Below are positions 30,180 to 41,178 of a stretch of DNA of 64,000 nucleotides, piece after piece. The stretch is taken from contig JAFGHJ010000013.1 in assembly GCA_016930175.1 (NCBI GenBank), positions 164,745 through 228,744 of the forward strand, in the 5' to 3' direction. The notes below the pieces were generated by a model. The model saw only the letters and a program-made list of their open reading frames with translations, made no database searches and had not been told where the DNA came from. Each line of letters opens with the position of its first letter. Within the stretch, counting starts at the first letter, position 1. The position numbers and the translations under genes were made by a program. Origin of the DNA: a candidate division WOR-3 bacterium. Its GTDB lineage: Bacteria; Hydrothermota; UBA3072.

Positions 30180-31673
30180 ATGAAAGTTCGGAAAAGATTA
30201 TTAGACCGATTTTTATTTGAGATTTCTCCCGTTCTGGGGTATCTCGGTGTTATTTTAATATATTCTTCCTTTCTTTTTTTAATACCTTTAATCATAGATT
30301 ATCTATATTTAAGGAGTCTTGTTAATTTAAAAGCTTTTTTAGTGCCGGCTTTGATTTCTCTTACTTTGGGTTTAGCATTAAAAGGTAAAAAACCTTTAGA
30401 TAAGATTAATCACAAGCATGGTATGATGATTGCGGCGCTTTCATGGATTATTGTTTCTTTGGTTGGTTCTTTTCCTTATCTGCTCGGGCTTCATGAGAGT
30501 TTTCTTAATTCATTCTTCGAAACAGTTTCGGGTTTTACAACTACCGGTATAACGATGCTTTCGGAACTCGATGTGAAAAGCCGTTCTATACTTTTTTATA
30601 GGGCTTTGACTCAGTGGGTGGGAGGTCTCGGAATCCTTAGCTTCGCTTTGTTGATTATTTACGAAGGTGGTGTTGCGCCCCAGCTTTTCGAGGGTGAAAG
30701 TCATAAAATTAGAACAAAAAGAATAGCCCCGGGCTTATTTAATACAATAAGAATTTTATGGGTTATATACGGATGCTTAACTTTAATGCTTATTTTTCTT
30801 TTGAAAATAGAAGGGGTAAATCTTTTCGATGCGGTTACCCATTCGTTTACGACTCTTTCAACCGGAGGCTTTTCTACTCATGATATGAGCATTGGATATT
30901 ATGCTGCTATGAATTATCCTCTATCAAACATTATTGAATGGACTGTGATTTTGTTTATGGTATTCGGAGGGATAAATTTCCTAATTCACTACAGGATTTT
31001 CCAGGGAGATTTTAAAGCTTTATGGGACTCATACGAGATAAAATTATTCTGGCTATTTGTATGTTTGGCTTCCGGTATTATTATCTTTAAACAATTTACG
31101 TACAGCAGGGTTCTTTCTCCCGATTTGGTCAGAACTTCTATTTTTCAGGTTGTAGCAATTATGACTACCACCGGCTATGCGACTCGTGATATCTCTGCTC
31201 CTATTTATGGAGGCGTCGCCAAGCAAATTTTTCTTTTTTCAATGGTGATAGGAGGATGTGTAGGCTCAACCGCCGGCGGATTAAAAGTTTTGCGAATAGG
31301 GATTTTATTTAAACTTATTAAATTTAAAATTAAATCAATTGTCTATCCTCTTCATACGGTGAGTTTTCTTATTGTTGATGGGAATAAACTGGATTTTGAT
31401 GAGGTAAGGAGAGTTACATCTTTGTTTGCCGCATGGATGTTTTTGCTTGCAGCGGGTGGATTGGTTACAGCGGTTTTTAGTAATCACGGTGCTCTTGAAT
31501 CTTTTTCGGGTATGGCGTCAGCGCTTGGGAATATTGGGCCATGTTATATTTCGGCTAGTGAAATGATGAAACTTTCTCCTGTTGTTAAGTTTACGTATAT
31601 CATAGGTATGCTTGCTGGAAGGTTGGAAATTTTACCGATACTTATGTTATTTTATAAAAATACATGGAAATAG
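30180..31673 (+). CDS. trkH: Trk/Ktr family potassium uptake membrane subunit (TrkH/KtrB)
   Basis: About 10 transmembrane helices with repeated selectivity-filter-like GxG loops (TTTGIT, TTGYAT). Confidence 0.8.
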   Translation: MKVRKRLLDRFLFEISPVLGYLGVILIYSSFLFLIPLIIDYLYLRSLVNLKAFLVPALISLTLGLALKGKKPLDKINHKHGMMIAALSWIIVSLVGSFPYLLGLHESFLNSFFETVSGFTTTGITMLSELDVKSRSILFYRALTQWVGGLGILSFALLIIYEGGVAPQLFEGESHKIRTKRIAPGLFNTIRILWVIYGCLTLMLIFLLKIEGVNLFDAVTHSFTTLSTGGFSTHDMSIGYYAAMNYPLSNIIEWTVILFMVFGGINFLIHYRIFQGDFKALWDSYEIKLFWLFVCLASGIIIFKQFTYSRVLSPDLVRTSIFQVVAIMTTTGYATRDISAPIYGGVAKQIFLFSMVIGGCVGSTAGGLKVLRIGILFKLIKFKIKSIVYPLHTVSFLIVDGNKLDFDEVRRVTSLFAAWMFLLAAGGLVTAVFSNHGALESFSGMASALGNIGPCYISASEMMKLSPVVKFTYIIGMLAGRLEILPILMLFYKNTWK

Positions 31674-31683
31674 GAGGTTACAA

Positions 31684-32373
31684 GTGTATGTAATTATCGG
31701 AGGCGGCGGTCTTCTCGGTACGAATGTAGCCAGGAAGTTGAGTGCTTCAAAACACGACGTTGTGGTTATAGAGGAAAACTCAGAAGTTTGTGAATATATT
31801 TATGAAAGGTTGGGAGTGGTTGCGATTAAGGGAAGCGCTACCGAAATAAGTACTTTGAAAGAAGCGGGTATTGAAAAAGCCGATGTAGTCGTTGCATCTA
31901 TGCGGTCGGACGCAGACAATCTTTCTCTCACCGTTATCGCAAATAGTTATGGTGTCCCGAGGATATACGCAAGAATGAGAGATCCTTCATATAAACCGGT
32001 TTATGAACGGGCGGGAGCAACCGATACCATAGATGTTGTCGAACTCAGCGCCACTCCTCTTGTTTACGAAATAGAAGAACCCGAAGTTTCGATAGTTTAT
32101 ACTTTCAGGGGAGGCAAGGGCGCTATTGCTATCGTTAAGATACCCGAAAAATCTCCTGTCGTAGAGAAAACTATTGCTCAAATAGCTTCTGATGAAAGAT
32201 TTCCTTCGGACTGTCTTATTAACGGTATTTTTAGAAAAGAGGAAGATGAATTCTGTGTGCCCAGAGGAAACCGCAAAATATATGGAGGAGATGAGGTGTT
32301 TATAACAGCATCGCCTGAATCGATTAGAAAAGCTGCTAAGTTTATGGGGGTAAAAAGAAAGATTCGAATTTAG
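31684..32373 (+). CDS. trkA: Trk system NAD-binding subunit TrkA/KtrA
   Basis: GTG start with a TAGGAGG ribosome-binding site. Rossmann VYVIIGGGGLLGTNVA. C-terminal RCK_C (TrkA-C) domain. Confidence 0.8.
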   Translation: MYVIIGGGGLLGTNVARKLSASKHDVVVIEENSEVCEYIYERLGVVAIKGSATEISTLKEAGIEKADVVVASMRSDADNLSLTVIANSYGVPRIYARMRDPSYKPVYERAGATDTIDVVELSATPLVYEIEEPEVSIVYTFRGGKGAIAIVKIPEKSPVVEKTIAQIASDERFPSDCLINGIFRKEEDEFCVPRGNRKIYGGDEVFITASPESIRKAAKFMGVKRKIRI

Positions 32374-33332
32374 TGTTTATATTTCTCGACTAATTCTTCT
32401 AATTCTTTTCTTAATTCTTTCTTGAAAGGTTCTAATTCTTTTTTGACAGTAAATCCGGATGCTGTTCTATGCCCACCGCCGCCATACTTTGCTGCAAGCT
32501 CTTGAACGGGAATATTGTTCTTAGAGCGTAGGGAGACTTTTAATGTACCATCCTCGCGTTCTTTTATAATAGCAGCGGTCTCAATTCCTTTTATTGAAAG
32601 TCCGTAATCGATAAATTCTTCAGTGTCTTCTTCTTTTGCCCTGTGTTTTTCTAACATTTCTTTTGTGACATACATTATACTGATTTTATCATATAGATTC
32701 ATCGTATGCAATACATCACCCAAAAGTTTTATTCTCGCTTCGGGATCTGTAAACCATATAAATTCAGAAACCTGAGAAGCAGTTACGCCATATTCGACGA
32801 GTTCGGAAGCAACCCGTAAGGAATGTGATGTTGTATTCGGATATCGGAAAGCTCCTGTGTCTGTCAATATTCCAATATATAAATATGTGGCGATTTCTTT
32901 ATCCATAGGGATTTCGTTTTTTATTAGTTTATAAATAATTTCCGCTGTTGATGAATAATCCGGTTTTATGAGGTTTATTGTTCCGAATTTTGTGTTTCCG
33001 ATATGATGGTCGATATTTATGGAAGGCTTTGAGAAATCGATGTTTTCTTTTATTTTACCTATACGGTCTATTTCTGCGCAATCAACAAAAATAATTACAT
33101 CTTCTTTAAAGTTCTTCTTTTCTGTCTGTATCAAAGAAGCTTTTGGAAATTTCGAATATCTCTCGGGTGGTGGATCTGAATTGTAAATATAAACCTTTTT
33201 CTCTAGTTTCATTAATGCTAAAGCAAGTGCGATTTCGGACCCAAGTGAATCCCCATCCGGATTTTTATGGGATACAATCAAAAAATTTTGGTTGCTATTT
33301 ATTAATTCAAAAACTTCTTGCCAGATTTTCAA
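32370..33332 (-). CDS. nrnA: DHH-family phosphoesterase (NrnA-like bifunctional oligoribonuclease/pAp phosphatase)
   Basis: DHH motifs: FLIVSHKNPDGDSLGS, DHHIGN, GGGH near the C-terminus (DHHA1). Confidence 0.75.
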   Translation of the reverse strand: MKIWQEVFELINSNQNFLIVSHKNPDGDSLGSEIALALALMKLEKKVYIYNSDPPPERYSKFPKASLIQTEKKNFKEDVIIFVDCAEIDRIGKIKENIDFSKPSINIDHHIGNTKFGTINLIKPDYSSTAEIIYKLIKNEIPMDKEIATYLYIGILTDTGAFRYPNTTSHSLRVASELVEYGVTASQVSEFIWFTDPEARIKLLGDVLHTMNLYDKISIMYVTKEMLEKHRAKEEDTEEFIDYGLSIKGIETAAIIKEREDGTLKVSLRSKNNIPVQELAAKYGGGGHRTASGFTVKKELEPFKKELRKELEELVEKYKH

Positions 33333-33676
33333 TTTGTTTCCTCTCTTTCGTTTTTTAGCAGTTCTTCTATTTTTTGTATTTTTTCTGTGACTGGGCTGAA
33401 TTTAAAAGTGAGTTTAGGTGTATTTTTCATCTTTATACGCCTCGCGAGTTCGTGCTGTATGAAACCACTTGCGTGATTTAAAACATCACTGTTCGATTTC
33501 CCGGATTTTTCTCCGCCGTGCACTGTAAAATAGACGGTTGCGTGCTTTAAATCCGAACTGCTGTCGACAGATGTAATAGTAACAAGACCAAGCCTTGGGT
33601 CATTTACCTCTTTTTCTATAATTTCAGGGACTATTTTCATTATATACGAATTTACTCTTTTCTGTCTCAAAGTCAT
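33329..33676 (-). CDS. rbfA: ribosome-binding factor A
   Basis: RbfA KH-like core (...ITSVDSSSDLKHATVYFTVHG...). Position after infB. The true start may be the internal MKIVPEI. Confidence 0.8.
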   Translation of the reverse strand: MTLRQKRVNSYIMKIVPEIIEKEVNDPRLGLVTITSVDSSSDLKHATVYFTVHGGEKSGKSNSDVLNHASGFIQHELARRIKMKNTPKLTFKFSPVTEKIQKIEELLKNEREETN

Positions 33677-33956
33677 TGTTTATTTTTATACTCCAATCTA
33701 AAATGTTAATATCTCTAAACTCCCTAATCTGGTTTACTATTTTATTAAGCGAAGATTGTAAGAATTTGGAGTCGTTTGATACACCTACAATACCTATTGA
33801 TGCGCGCTGCCATTTATCCAAAAAATCAATTTCGCTTACTCCCACATTAAATTTCGATCGTATTTTACCTTTTATACTGTTAATAACTCTTCTTTTTGAT
33901 TTCAGTGAATTCAATCCCGGAAGGAAAATTTCAACTCTGCCTATGCCGATAAACAT
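33624..33956 (-). CDS. DUF503 (YlxP-like) protein
   Basis: MFIGIGRVEIFLPGLNSLKSKRRVINSIKGKIRSKFNV...WQRASIGI matches the DUF503 family, which is typically encoded between infB and rbfA. Confidence 0.7.
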   Translation of the reverse strand: MFIGIGRVEIFLPGLNSLKSKRRVINSIKGKIRSKFNVGVSEIDFLDKWQRASIGIVGVSNDSKFLQSSLNKIVNQIREFRDINILDWSIKINNDFETEKSKFVYNENSP

Positions 33957-33962
33957 TTTACT

Positions 33963-36062
33963 TTAAAGTTTTCTCTCTTTCTCTATGACCTTGTAGCTCT
34001 CTATAATGTCGCCTTCTTTAAAAGAGTCGAAATCCGTGAGCCTTATTCCGCATTCGTATCCTTCTTCTACAGATTTTACGTCCTTATCGAATCTTTTAAG
34101 CGTTGCTATTTTAGTCTTGATTATTTCTTTATTATCTCTGAATAGATAGGCGATGTCGTTATTGTTGACTGCTCCGGAGAGTACAAAACATCCGGCTACT
34201 TTCCCGATAGTCGAGCCTTCGAATATTTTTCTGATTTCTATCTCTCCGCATTTTACTTCTTCTTTTTCAGGTTTAAGTAAACCCAGCATGGCTTTTTTAA
34301 TATCTTCGGTTATTTCGAAAATAACATCGTAAGTTTTTATTTCTACTCCTCTTTTCTTTGCTTCTTCTTTGGCTTGTGGATATGGTTTTACTTTAAACCC
34401 AATAATTATTCCTTCTGATGCCTGAGCAAGCATTACGTCATTTTCATTTATTGGTCCTATACTCGAATGAATAACTTTAATTTGAATTTTTTCCTTTGGT
34501 AAACTTTCGATTAAAATTTTTAGAGCATCAACTGAGCCGGCATCATCACCTTTTATTACTAATTTCAAAAATTCTTTTTCGTCTTCTTTTATCTTTTCAT
34601 AAAGATTTGAAAGACTTATTGTTTCTTTTTCTTTTTTTTCTTCCTTAAAACTTTTTCTTTCCTCGGAGATATCTCTTGCTGTTTTCGTATTTTTAACCAC
34701 TTTGAAGATGTCCCCGGTTTTAGGTAAAGATTCAAACTGAGATATCTGTACGGCTTGCGAAACCCCGGCGGTTTTTAATCTTTTGTCGTTTTCGTCGAGA
34801 ATTAATCGGACTTTTCCTGAAGTTGAACCCGCGACAAATGAATCCCCGATTTTTATTTCGCCTTCTTTTACTACTACAGTCGCCACATTACCTATTCCTT
34901 TCTTGATGCGAGTTTCAAGTATTATACCGATTCCCGGTCCTTCTAAAGGGGCTCTTAGATTTAAATCTTCGGATTGCAGAATAATTGCGTCCAACAATTC
35001 ATCTATACCTTCGCCTTTTAATGCTGATATTCTTACCGCGATTACATTTCCGCCGTATTCGTGAGCTACTACTTCTTTTTCGGCTAGATCTGCCAGTACT
35101 TTAGACGGATTGGCGGAAGACAGGTCGATTTTGTTTATAGCTACAATAATTGGTGCATTTGCAGCTTTAGCGTGATTTATTGCTTCAATTGTTTGGGATT
35201 TTACTCCTTCATTAGCGGCTACTACCAGTACGACAATGTCGGTGACGTTGGCACCTCTGGCTCTCATGGAAGTGAAAGCTTCGTGTCCCGGCGTATCAAT
35301 GAATGTTATCTTATGGCTATTGTAGTTAATATGATATGCTCCGATCTTCTGAGTAATTCCGCCTGACTCTTGCTTGGCTACCTGTGTTTTTCTTATGTAA
35401 TCGAGCAGTGTTGTCTTACCGTGATCTACATGTCCCATAATAGTTACAACAGGGGATTTTTTTTGTAGCTTGTATGTTTCTCTTCTTATTTTTGGAACCT
35501 CGATGGGTTCATGTAGTTTTACTTTAAATCCGAATTCTTCCGCTATGAGATGTGTGGTGTCAAAATCCAGATTTTGATTTATGGTAGCCTGAATGCCGAG
35601 TTTAAGGCATGCGTTAATAATCTCGCTTGCCGATATGCTCATTTTTTTGGATAATTCTTTAATGGAATTTGTTTTGCCAACTTCTATTAAATTGTGTTTT
35701 TCCTTTGTTATTTCTTTTTTTTCTTCTGGCTTTTTTTTCGCTTCTTCTTTTTTTAATTTTTTTGGCTTGATTTCTTTCGGTGCTTTTTTCTTGCGTGTTG
35801 TTTTCTTCTTTCTTTTTTCGTCTTTTACTTTCTTCTCTTTTTTCGTTTTTGGAGCCTTCTTTGGTTTAGCACTTGATTTCTTTTTTGTTTTACCCTGGAG
35901 TCCCTTTTTTGCTTTGTCGGCTTCGTTTTTAGTTATTGAAGAAAGAACGGATTTTACTTTGATACCTTCTTTTTTCAAAAAATCAAGAATTTCGTCGTTT
36001 GTAACGTCCAATTCTTTCGCCAACTCGTATATTCGTATTTTTCCCTCTTCCTTCTTTGTCAT
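33963..36062 (-). CDS. infB: translation initiation factor IF-2
   Basis: Lys-rich N-terminus. G-domain [24 protein letters not shown]. Confidence 0.95.
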   Translation of the reverse strand: MTKKEEGKIRIYELAKELDVTNDEILDFLKKEGIKVKSVLSSITKNEADKAKKGLQGKTKKKSSAKPKKAPKTKKEKKVKDEKRKKKTTRKKKAPKEIKPKKLKKEEAKKKPEEKKEITKEKHNLIEVGKTNSIKELSKKMSISASEIINACLKLGIQATINQNLDFDTTHLIAEEFGFKVKLHEPIEVPKIRRETYKLQKKSPVVTIMGHVDHGKTTLLDYIRKTQVAKQESGGITQKIGAYHINYNSHKITFIDTPGHEAFTSMRARGANVTDIVVLVVAANEGVKSQTIEAINHAKAANAPIIVAINKIDLSSANPSKVLADLAEKEVVAHEYGGNVIAVRISALKGEGIDELLDAIILQSEDLNLRAPLEGPGIGIILETRIKKGIGNVATVVVKEGEIKIGDSFVAGSTSGKVRLILDENDKRLKTAGVSQAVQISQFESLPKTGDIFKVVKNTKTARDISEERKSFKEEKKEKETISLSNLYEKIKEDEKEFLKLVIKGDDAGSVDALKILIESLPKEKIQIKVIHSSIGPINENDVMLAQASEGIIIGFKVKPYPQAKEEAKKRGVEIKTYDVIFEITEDIKKAMLGLLKPEKEEVKCGEIEIRKIFEGSTIGKVAGCFVLSGAVNNNDIAYLFRDNKEIIKTKIATLKRFDKDVKSVEEGYECGIRLTDFDSFKEGDIIESYKVIEKERKL

Positions 36063-36063
36063 G

Positions 36064-37338
36064 TCACTCCTTGTTTATTCTGGCATGAATAGATTTGTGT
36101 ATCGCCTCTAATTTCTTTTTTCCAATTCCTTTGATTTTGGATAATTCTTCGTCGTTCTTTGATAATATATCCTGAGCATTTTTAAAACCGGCTTTTTTCA
36201 GAATTTTTTTAATATGGTCACTTAAATCCAAATCATCTGTAGTAATTTTGCTTCTTTCTTCGTCTTCTTTTTCTTTTCTGTATTCGCTTTTAACTTTTAT
36301 CTCAATTTTAACATGTGTAAGTTCTGACGCCAGAGAAACATTTTCTCCCAACTTTCCAATGGCTCCGGTCAATTCATCATCCGGGACAATACATAAAACT
36401 CTATTTTTATCAATTTTCTTGGATTCTAAGACTTTTACCGGAGAAAGAGCTTTTTCAGCATATTTTGCTTTATCCTTTTTCCAATGTACAACGTCAACGC
36501 GTTCACCGGAAAGTTCCCTTACAATTGATTTTATTCTACTTCCTTTATGCCCTACGCATGAACCTACCGCATCAACTTTCTCGTTCTGGGAATAAACGGA
36601 TACTTTAGCACGAACTCCTGGTTTTCTTGCGATGTCTTTAATTTCAACTTTTGAGTGCAGTACTTCCGGTATTTCAAATTCAAGCAGCCTCGCTACAAAT
36701 TCCGGTTGGATTCTGGAGAGGTAAACAATCGGTCCCTTTATTCTTATTCTTTCTTCGTCCCCATCTTCAGGTGTTTGAGTTATATTTTTTATAAGAGCTT
36801 TTATTTGTGAACCCCTCCTTAGGCGTTCATTTGGTATTTGTTCTTCTCTAGGCAGGAAAGCTTCAATATCTCCAATCTTGATATATGAACCTGTCGAATA
36901 AATTCTAGAAACGGTTCCGGAGACCAATTCCCCTTTTCTGTTTTTGTATTTCTCGTAAAGCATTTCCTTCTCGTTTGTTTTAATTCGCTGAATCAGAGTA
37001 TTTTTCACAATATTTATTGCATTTCTTCCGAATTCATCGACTGGTATTTCTTCTTTGAAGACTGAACCTATTTCTATTGTGGGTTTTATTTTTCTGGCTT
37101 CCTTAAGGGAAATTTCTATGTCGGCGTCAGTAACAGTTTCTGTCACTGTTTTCTTAAGAAAAAGTTTTATGTTTCCCGAAGCTTCAGATATTTCGCAGCC
37201 GAGATTTTCAGATCGGCCGTATCTTTTTTTCGCTGCAGTAATTAAACTTTCCTTAAGGGTTTCTAGTACAAAGTCTTTCCCTAAATCTCTTTCTGCCGCC
37301 AGTTCCGTTAACATTGCCACTATGCTCTTATTAATCAT
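36064..37338 (-). CDS. nusA: transcription termination/antitermination factor NusA
   Basis: N-terminal domain, S1, two KH domains and a C-terminal HhH. Lies immediately upstream of infB. Confidence 0.9.
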   Translation of the reverse strand: MINKSIVAMLTELAAERDLGKDFVLETLKESLITAAKKRYGRSENLGCEISEASGNIKLFLKKTVTETVTDADIEISLKEARKIKPTIEIGSVFKEEIPVDEFGRNAINIVKNTLIQRIKTNEKEMLYEKYKNRKGELVSGTVSRIYSTGSYIKIGDIEAFLPREEQIPNERLRRGSQIKALIKNITQTPEDGDEERIRIKGPIVYLSRIQPEFVARLLEFEIPEVLHSKVEIKDIARKPGVRAKVSVYSQNEKVDAVGSCVGHKGSRIKSIVRELSGERVDVVHWKKDKAKYAEKALSPVKVLESKKIDKNRVLCIVPDDELTGAIGKLGENVSLASELTHVKIEIKVKSEYRKEKEDEERSKITTDDLDLSDHIKKILKKAGFKNAQDILSKNDEELSKIKGIGKKKLEAIHKSIHARINKE

Positions 37339-37607
37339 CTTACCGCCTTTTTTTCAACTCCGGGAGAGGAAACTTCAAGTCTGTAAGACCCGGTGATTAA
37401 ATCGCAAACTTCTAGATGAATTCTTACTTTTTGCGAAATATGTACGCAGTCGTCGATTGTAATACCTCCGGGTTTATCGACAAAGATTTTAAGAAGTTTT
37501 ATTCCATTGTTGTTTTTTATTTCCAATCCCATAAGAGAAAAATCCTTTTTCATGCTCGAAAGCACAAAATTTATTTTTTCTTTCAATCTTTCTTTAGTTC
37601 CTTTCAT
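37335..37607 (-). CDS. rimP: ribosome maturation factor RimP, N-terminal domain only
   Basis: Matches the RimP N-domain (GITIDDCVHISQKV...YRLEVSSPGVEK). Stops at the nusA start (ATGA), so the usual C-terminal Sm-like domain is absent. Confidence 0.65.
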   Translation of the reverse strand: MKGTKERLKEKINFVLSSMKKDFSLMGLEIKNNNGIKLLKIFVDKPGGITIDDCVHISQKVRIHLEVCDLITGSYRLEVSSPGVEKKAVR

Positions 37608-37792
37608 ATATTAAACTCTAATTTTATTATTATTTCACATAATAAAGATGGGTAGACCCACCTTTATTTGCGCATCCACCCATTTTCTTATGGTAATTTA
37701 CACAAATCTTTACATAATGCAACCCCATATAATTGGAGATTGAATATTGTAAATTGGAAATTTTAAAATTGGTTAAATTTGGGTTTGCATTC

Positions 37793-37821
37793 TTGACAAA
37801 AGCATTGTGAAGGTTATATTA
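37793..37821 (+). promoter_or_regulatory. promoter TTGACA-16/17-TATATT upstream of the lysA-like gene
   Basis: TTGACA at 37793-37798. TATATT at about 37815-37820. ATG at 37829. Confidence 0.5.
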
Positions 37822-37828
37822 CAACGCT

Positions 37829-39028
37829 ATGTTTAAAAGAATTTTGAAGGATTTAAAAGAAATAAAAACACCCTATTATATATACGATAGCAGGGTAATA
37901 GAGAAAAGGGCCGAAATTCTTCGGGATAATTTTTCGGATTTTGCCGATTTGTTTTTTGCAGTAAAAGCAAATACGTCTATTTCTATTCTGAAAATTATAA
38001 AAGGGCAGGATATTGGCGCAGAAGTGGTATCGCCTGGCGAGATTTTTATAGCTCTAAAATCGGGAATTGCTCCGGAGAAGATTCTTTATGATAGCCTTGC
38101 CAGGAAAGAAGAAGAGATAGAATATGCTATTGATAATAGAATAGAGTTTTTCAACTTTGAATCTCTTGATCAGGCAGTTCTCCTCGATAATTGCGCAAAA
38201 AACTCAAAGTTAAAAATTAAAGCGTTTGTAAGAATGAATCCGGGAATATTTCCTAAAACGCATTCACATCTTTCTACAGGTTCTTCCTGGAGTAAATTTG
38301 GAATTGCCTTGCGAGATTTGGATAAGTTATATGATATTGCAAAAGATTTTAAATCAATTGAACTTGTTGGGGTGCATTATCATATTGGTTCGCAGTTGCT
38401 TACTCCGGAGCCTTATTTTGAAGCTCTGAAAAAGATAGAAAGTACAGTAGAATTTTTTATTGAAAAGGGTTTAAAAATAAAATATGTAAACCTTGGCGGT
38501 GGTTTTGGAATTCCTTATAAGAAAGAGGAGAAAAGATTCGAGCCCGGCAATCTTAAGGAAACTTACAGAGAAATTTCCGGTAAATATGGAGTGCGTGTAT
38601 TCCTTGAGCTGGGTAGATTTTTAGTCGCGGAATCGGGATTTATTATTACAAAAGTTCTGGATGTAAAAGATAGAGAGGGGATTCCTCTTTACGTGGTTGA
38701 TTCGGGTATGAACGATAATCCCCGCCCTGCGATATATGATGCTTACCATCATATCGAACCTCTTTTTGAAAAATCGGGTGACAAAATAAAATCCCGAGTC
38801 GTTGGACCTATTTGTGAGAATTCGGATGAATTTGGCGCTTATGAGCTTCCTTCTCTTAAGATAGGAGATTTGCTAATTATTTACAACTGCGGCGCTTATA
38901 CAAGAACTATGGCGTCTAATTATAACGGCAGACTTTTGCCTGCCGAGTATTTGTACGACGGTCACGAACTAAGGCAGATTAGAGAAAGGCAAAAGTTAGA
39001 AGGATTGATAACAAACGAAAAATTGTAA
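37829..39028 (+). CDS. lysA: PLP-dependent decarboxylase (Orn/DAP/Arg family), diaminopimelate decarboxylase-like
   Basis: PLP-binding FFAVKAN motif. GGGFGIPY glycine loop. EPGR and CG..Y C-terminal motifs of the fold-III decarboxylases. The substrate assignment is tentative. Confidence 0.6.
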   Translation: MFKRILKDLKEIKTPYYIYDSRVIEKRAEILRDNFSDFADLFFAVKANTSISILKIIKGQDIGAEVVSPGEIFIALKSGIAPEKILYDSLARKEEEIEYAIDNRIEFFNFESLDQAVLLDNCAKNSKLKIKAFVRMNPGIFPKTHSHLSTGSSWSKFGIALRDLDKLYDIAKDFKSIELVGVHYHIGSQLLTPEPYFEALKKIESTVEFFIEKGLKIKYVNLGGGFGIPYKKEEKRFEPGNLKETYREISGKYGVRVFLELGRFLVAESGFIITKVLDVKDREGIPLYVVDSGMNDNPRPAIYDAYHHIEPLFEKSGDKIKSRVVGPICENSDEFGAYELPSLKIGDLLIIYNCGAYTRTMASNYNGRLLPAEYLYDGHELRQIRERQKLEGLITNEKL

Positions 39029-39031
39029 AAT

Positions 39032-39190
39032 AGGACGCAGATGAACGCAGATTTACAGGATTTTTTATTTGTTGTTTTGACTCTCTAACTTCCTAACCTT
39101 CTAACGTCCTAACTATGGTAATAGCCACAGATTCCCGCAGATTTTTTTGTTTTTTTTATTCGATGATTCAACAATTCAACTTTTCAACGT
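39032..39190. repeat. word-repeat intergenic element between the lysA-like gene and pyk
   Basis: ggacgcagatgaacgcagat, ctaacttcctaaccttctaacgtcctaac (period 8, four copies), ccacagattcccgcagat, gattcaacaattcaacttttcaacg (period 8, three copies). Confidence 0.75.
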
Positions 39191-39200
39191 AAAGAAATGC

Positions 39201-39229
39201 TTGACAAAGTGTCTTTAATGTTTATATCA
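39201..39229 (+). promoter_or_regulatory. promoter TTGACA-17-ATATCA upstream of pyk
   Basis: TTGACA at 39201-39206. ATG 20 nt downstream of the -10 box. Confidence 0.45.
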
Positions 39230-39248
39230 TATATACTAGGAAGAAATA

Positions 39249-40688
39249 ATGAGAAAGACTAAAATAATTGCAACTATCGGACCTTCGTCCGAAGACAAAA
39301 AAGTGATTAAAGATATGGTAAAAAGCGGACTTAATATTGCCAGGCTTAATTTTTCTCATAGAACACAGGAACAGGCTAAAACAACTTATAAAAACTTAAG
39401 AAAAGTTGTACCTCATGTAGGAATAATGATGGATACTCAGGGTCCTGAAGTTAGGCTTGGTAGAATAAAGGAAGGTATCGAGTTATTAAGAGGAAGCGAA
39501 GTCGAGCTTATTAAAGGAGATATTCTGGGGGATGAGAAAAAACTGCCTGTCGATTATCCCGGATTGTTTGATTATTTGAAAGGAAACGATACAATTATTA
39601 TGTCTGACGGTAGTTTAGAGCTAAGGGTGGAGAAAAATTCTGGTTCTTCTGTGAAATGCAGAGTGATTTATGGGGGGAAAATATCTTCTAAGAAATCTGT
39701 CAATATACCCGGTAAGGATATAGGTTTATTTGCCCCCACAAAGAAGGATCTGGAAAATATTAAATTTGGAGCCAAACTGGGTTTTGATTTTGTAGCGGCT
39801 TCTTTTGTTAAAAGTGCGGAAGATATAAGGAAAATAAGAGCAGTTTTGAGAAAGGAAAAATCCAGTATGAAAATCATCGCTAAAATAGAACATATAAAAG
39901 CAGTAAAAAATCTGGATGAAATCCTTGAGGTTTCAGATGCTGTTATGATAGCAAGAGGAGACCTTGGAGTTGAAGTTCCTGCTTCGGATGTTCCTCTTTT
40001 GCAAAAAACCATAATACGAAAATGTCTGGAGTGCGAGAAACCGGTTATTGTTGCCACTCAAATGTTGATGTCTATGACCGAACATCCTAGGGCAACAAGG
40101 GCTGAAGTTTCCGATGTTGCCAATGCTGTAGAAGACGGTGCGGACGCGGTTATGTTGTCTGAGGAAACTGCGGTCGGCAAATATCCTGTAAAGTCTGTTC
40201 AATTTATGGCAGAAACAATTCAGAAGATGGAAGAATACTTACGTGGTAGGTTGCCGGAAGCCTTGAAATCGGGCAAAAATGAAATAGCCGATATTATAGC
40301 AAAGAATGTATGGCAGGCTGCGAGAGATAGCTCGGCTAAGTTTATAATAGCGCATACTTCTTCCGGTTATACAGCGAGAAAAATAGCAAAATTCAGACCG
40401 GATATCGATATACTTGCTTTTACAGACAAAGAAATTATCGGTAGACAGATGAATCTTATAAGGGGTGTAAGGCCTTTTTTAGCTAAATTTTATAAACATG
40501 TCGATGATATGCTGTGTGATTCCGCGGAGTTCTTGTATAAAAAAGGATTGGTTAATAAAGAAGATATTGTTATTTTGACGGCAGGAGAACCTGTTGCGGT
40601 TTCCGGAAGCACAAATATGATGGAAATCAGAAAAGTTAAATCTCTCTTGGAACAAAGAAAAAGTTCTCTTGGTAAAAAGAGGAAATAG
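39249..40688 (+). CDS. pyk: pyruvate kinase
   Basis: MRKTKIIATIGPSS N-terminus. Active-site region MIARGDLGVE and MVATQMLESM-like (VATQMLMSM) motifs. Confidence 0.95.
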   Translation: MRKTKIIATIGPSSEDKKVIKDMVKSGLNIARLNFSHRTQEQAKTTYKNLRKVVPHVGIMMDTQGPEVRLGRIKEGIELLRGSEVELIKGDILGDEKKLPVDYPGLFDYLKGNDTIIMSDGSLELRVEKNSGSSVKCRVIYGGKISSKKSVNIPGKDIGLFAPTKKDLENIKFGAKLGFDFVAASFVKSAEDIRKIRAVLRKEKSSMKIIAKIEHIKAVKNLDEILEVSDAVMIARGDLGVEVPASDVPLLQKTIIRKCLECEKPVIVATQMLMSMTEHPRATRAEVSDVANAVEDGADAVMLSEETAVGKYPVKSVQFMAETIQKMEEYLRGRLPEALKSGKNEIADIIAKNVWQAARDSSAKFIIAHTSSGYTARKIAKFRPDIDILAFTDKEIIGRQMNLIRGVRPFLAKFYKHVDDMLCDSAEFLYKKGLVNKEDIVILTAGEPVAVSGSTNMMEIRKVKSLLEQRKSSLGKKRK

Positions 40689-41178
40689 TAAAACTTTATT
40701 CTGGAATCAAATTAAATCTCCTATCGGGAATGTGTTTTTTGTTTGGAAAAAAGAAGGTATTCTGATGGTAAGTTTCATTGAAGGAGATTATTCAGAAAAA
40801 TTATCTGATTTTATCAGGAAGGATTTTACTATAATACGTGCCGATTCTCCCGTCGGAGATCAATTGAAAGAATATTTTGAAGGTGTGCGCAGAAAATTTG
40901 ATCTTAATTTGGTAATTAACGGAACTCGATATCAGCAGAAAGTATGGAAAGAGTTATTAAAGGTGCCTTACGGAGAAACTATCTCTTATGGTGAACTTGC
41001 GAGAAAAGTCGGCAATCCGCGTGGAGCACGAAGTGTTGGTATGGCTGTGCATTTTAATCCCATCGGAATAATTATTCCCTGTCATCGGGTAATAATGAGT
41101 TCCGGTGAAATCGGAGGATACGCAAGCGGAGTTCATATAAAGAAGTGGCTGCTTCTTCATGAGAAATCCTGCGGATGA
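40669..41178 (+). CDS. ogt: methylated-DNA--protein-cysteine methyltransferase (Ogt)
   Basis: Active-site PCHRV motif (IIPCHRVIMSSGEIGGY). HTH YGELARKVGNP. Confidence 0.9.
   Translation: MVKRGNSKTLFWNQIKSPIGNVFFVWKKEGILMVSFIEGDYSEKLSDFIRKDFTIIRADSPVGDQLKEYFEGVRRKFDLNLVINGTRYQQKVWKELLKVPYGETISYGELARKVGNPRGARSVGMAVHFNPIGIIIPCHRVIMSSGEIGGYASGVHIKKWLLLHEKSCG

Noticed and set aside
37335-37607. Short rimP as a pseudogene
   Set aside because: The N-terminal domain is intact and the gene ends cleanly at the nusA start with an ATGA overlap. Single-domain RimP variants are plausible, so it is kept as a CDS.
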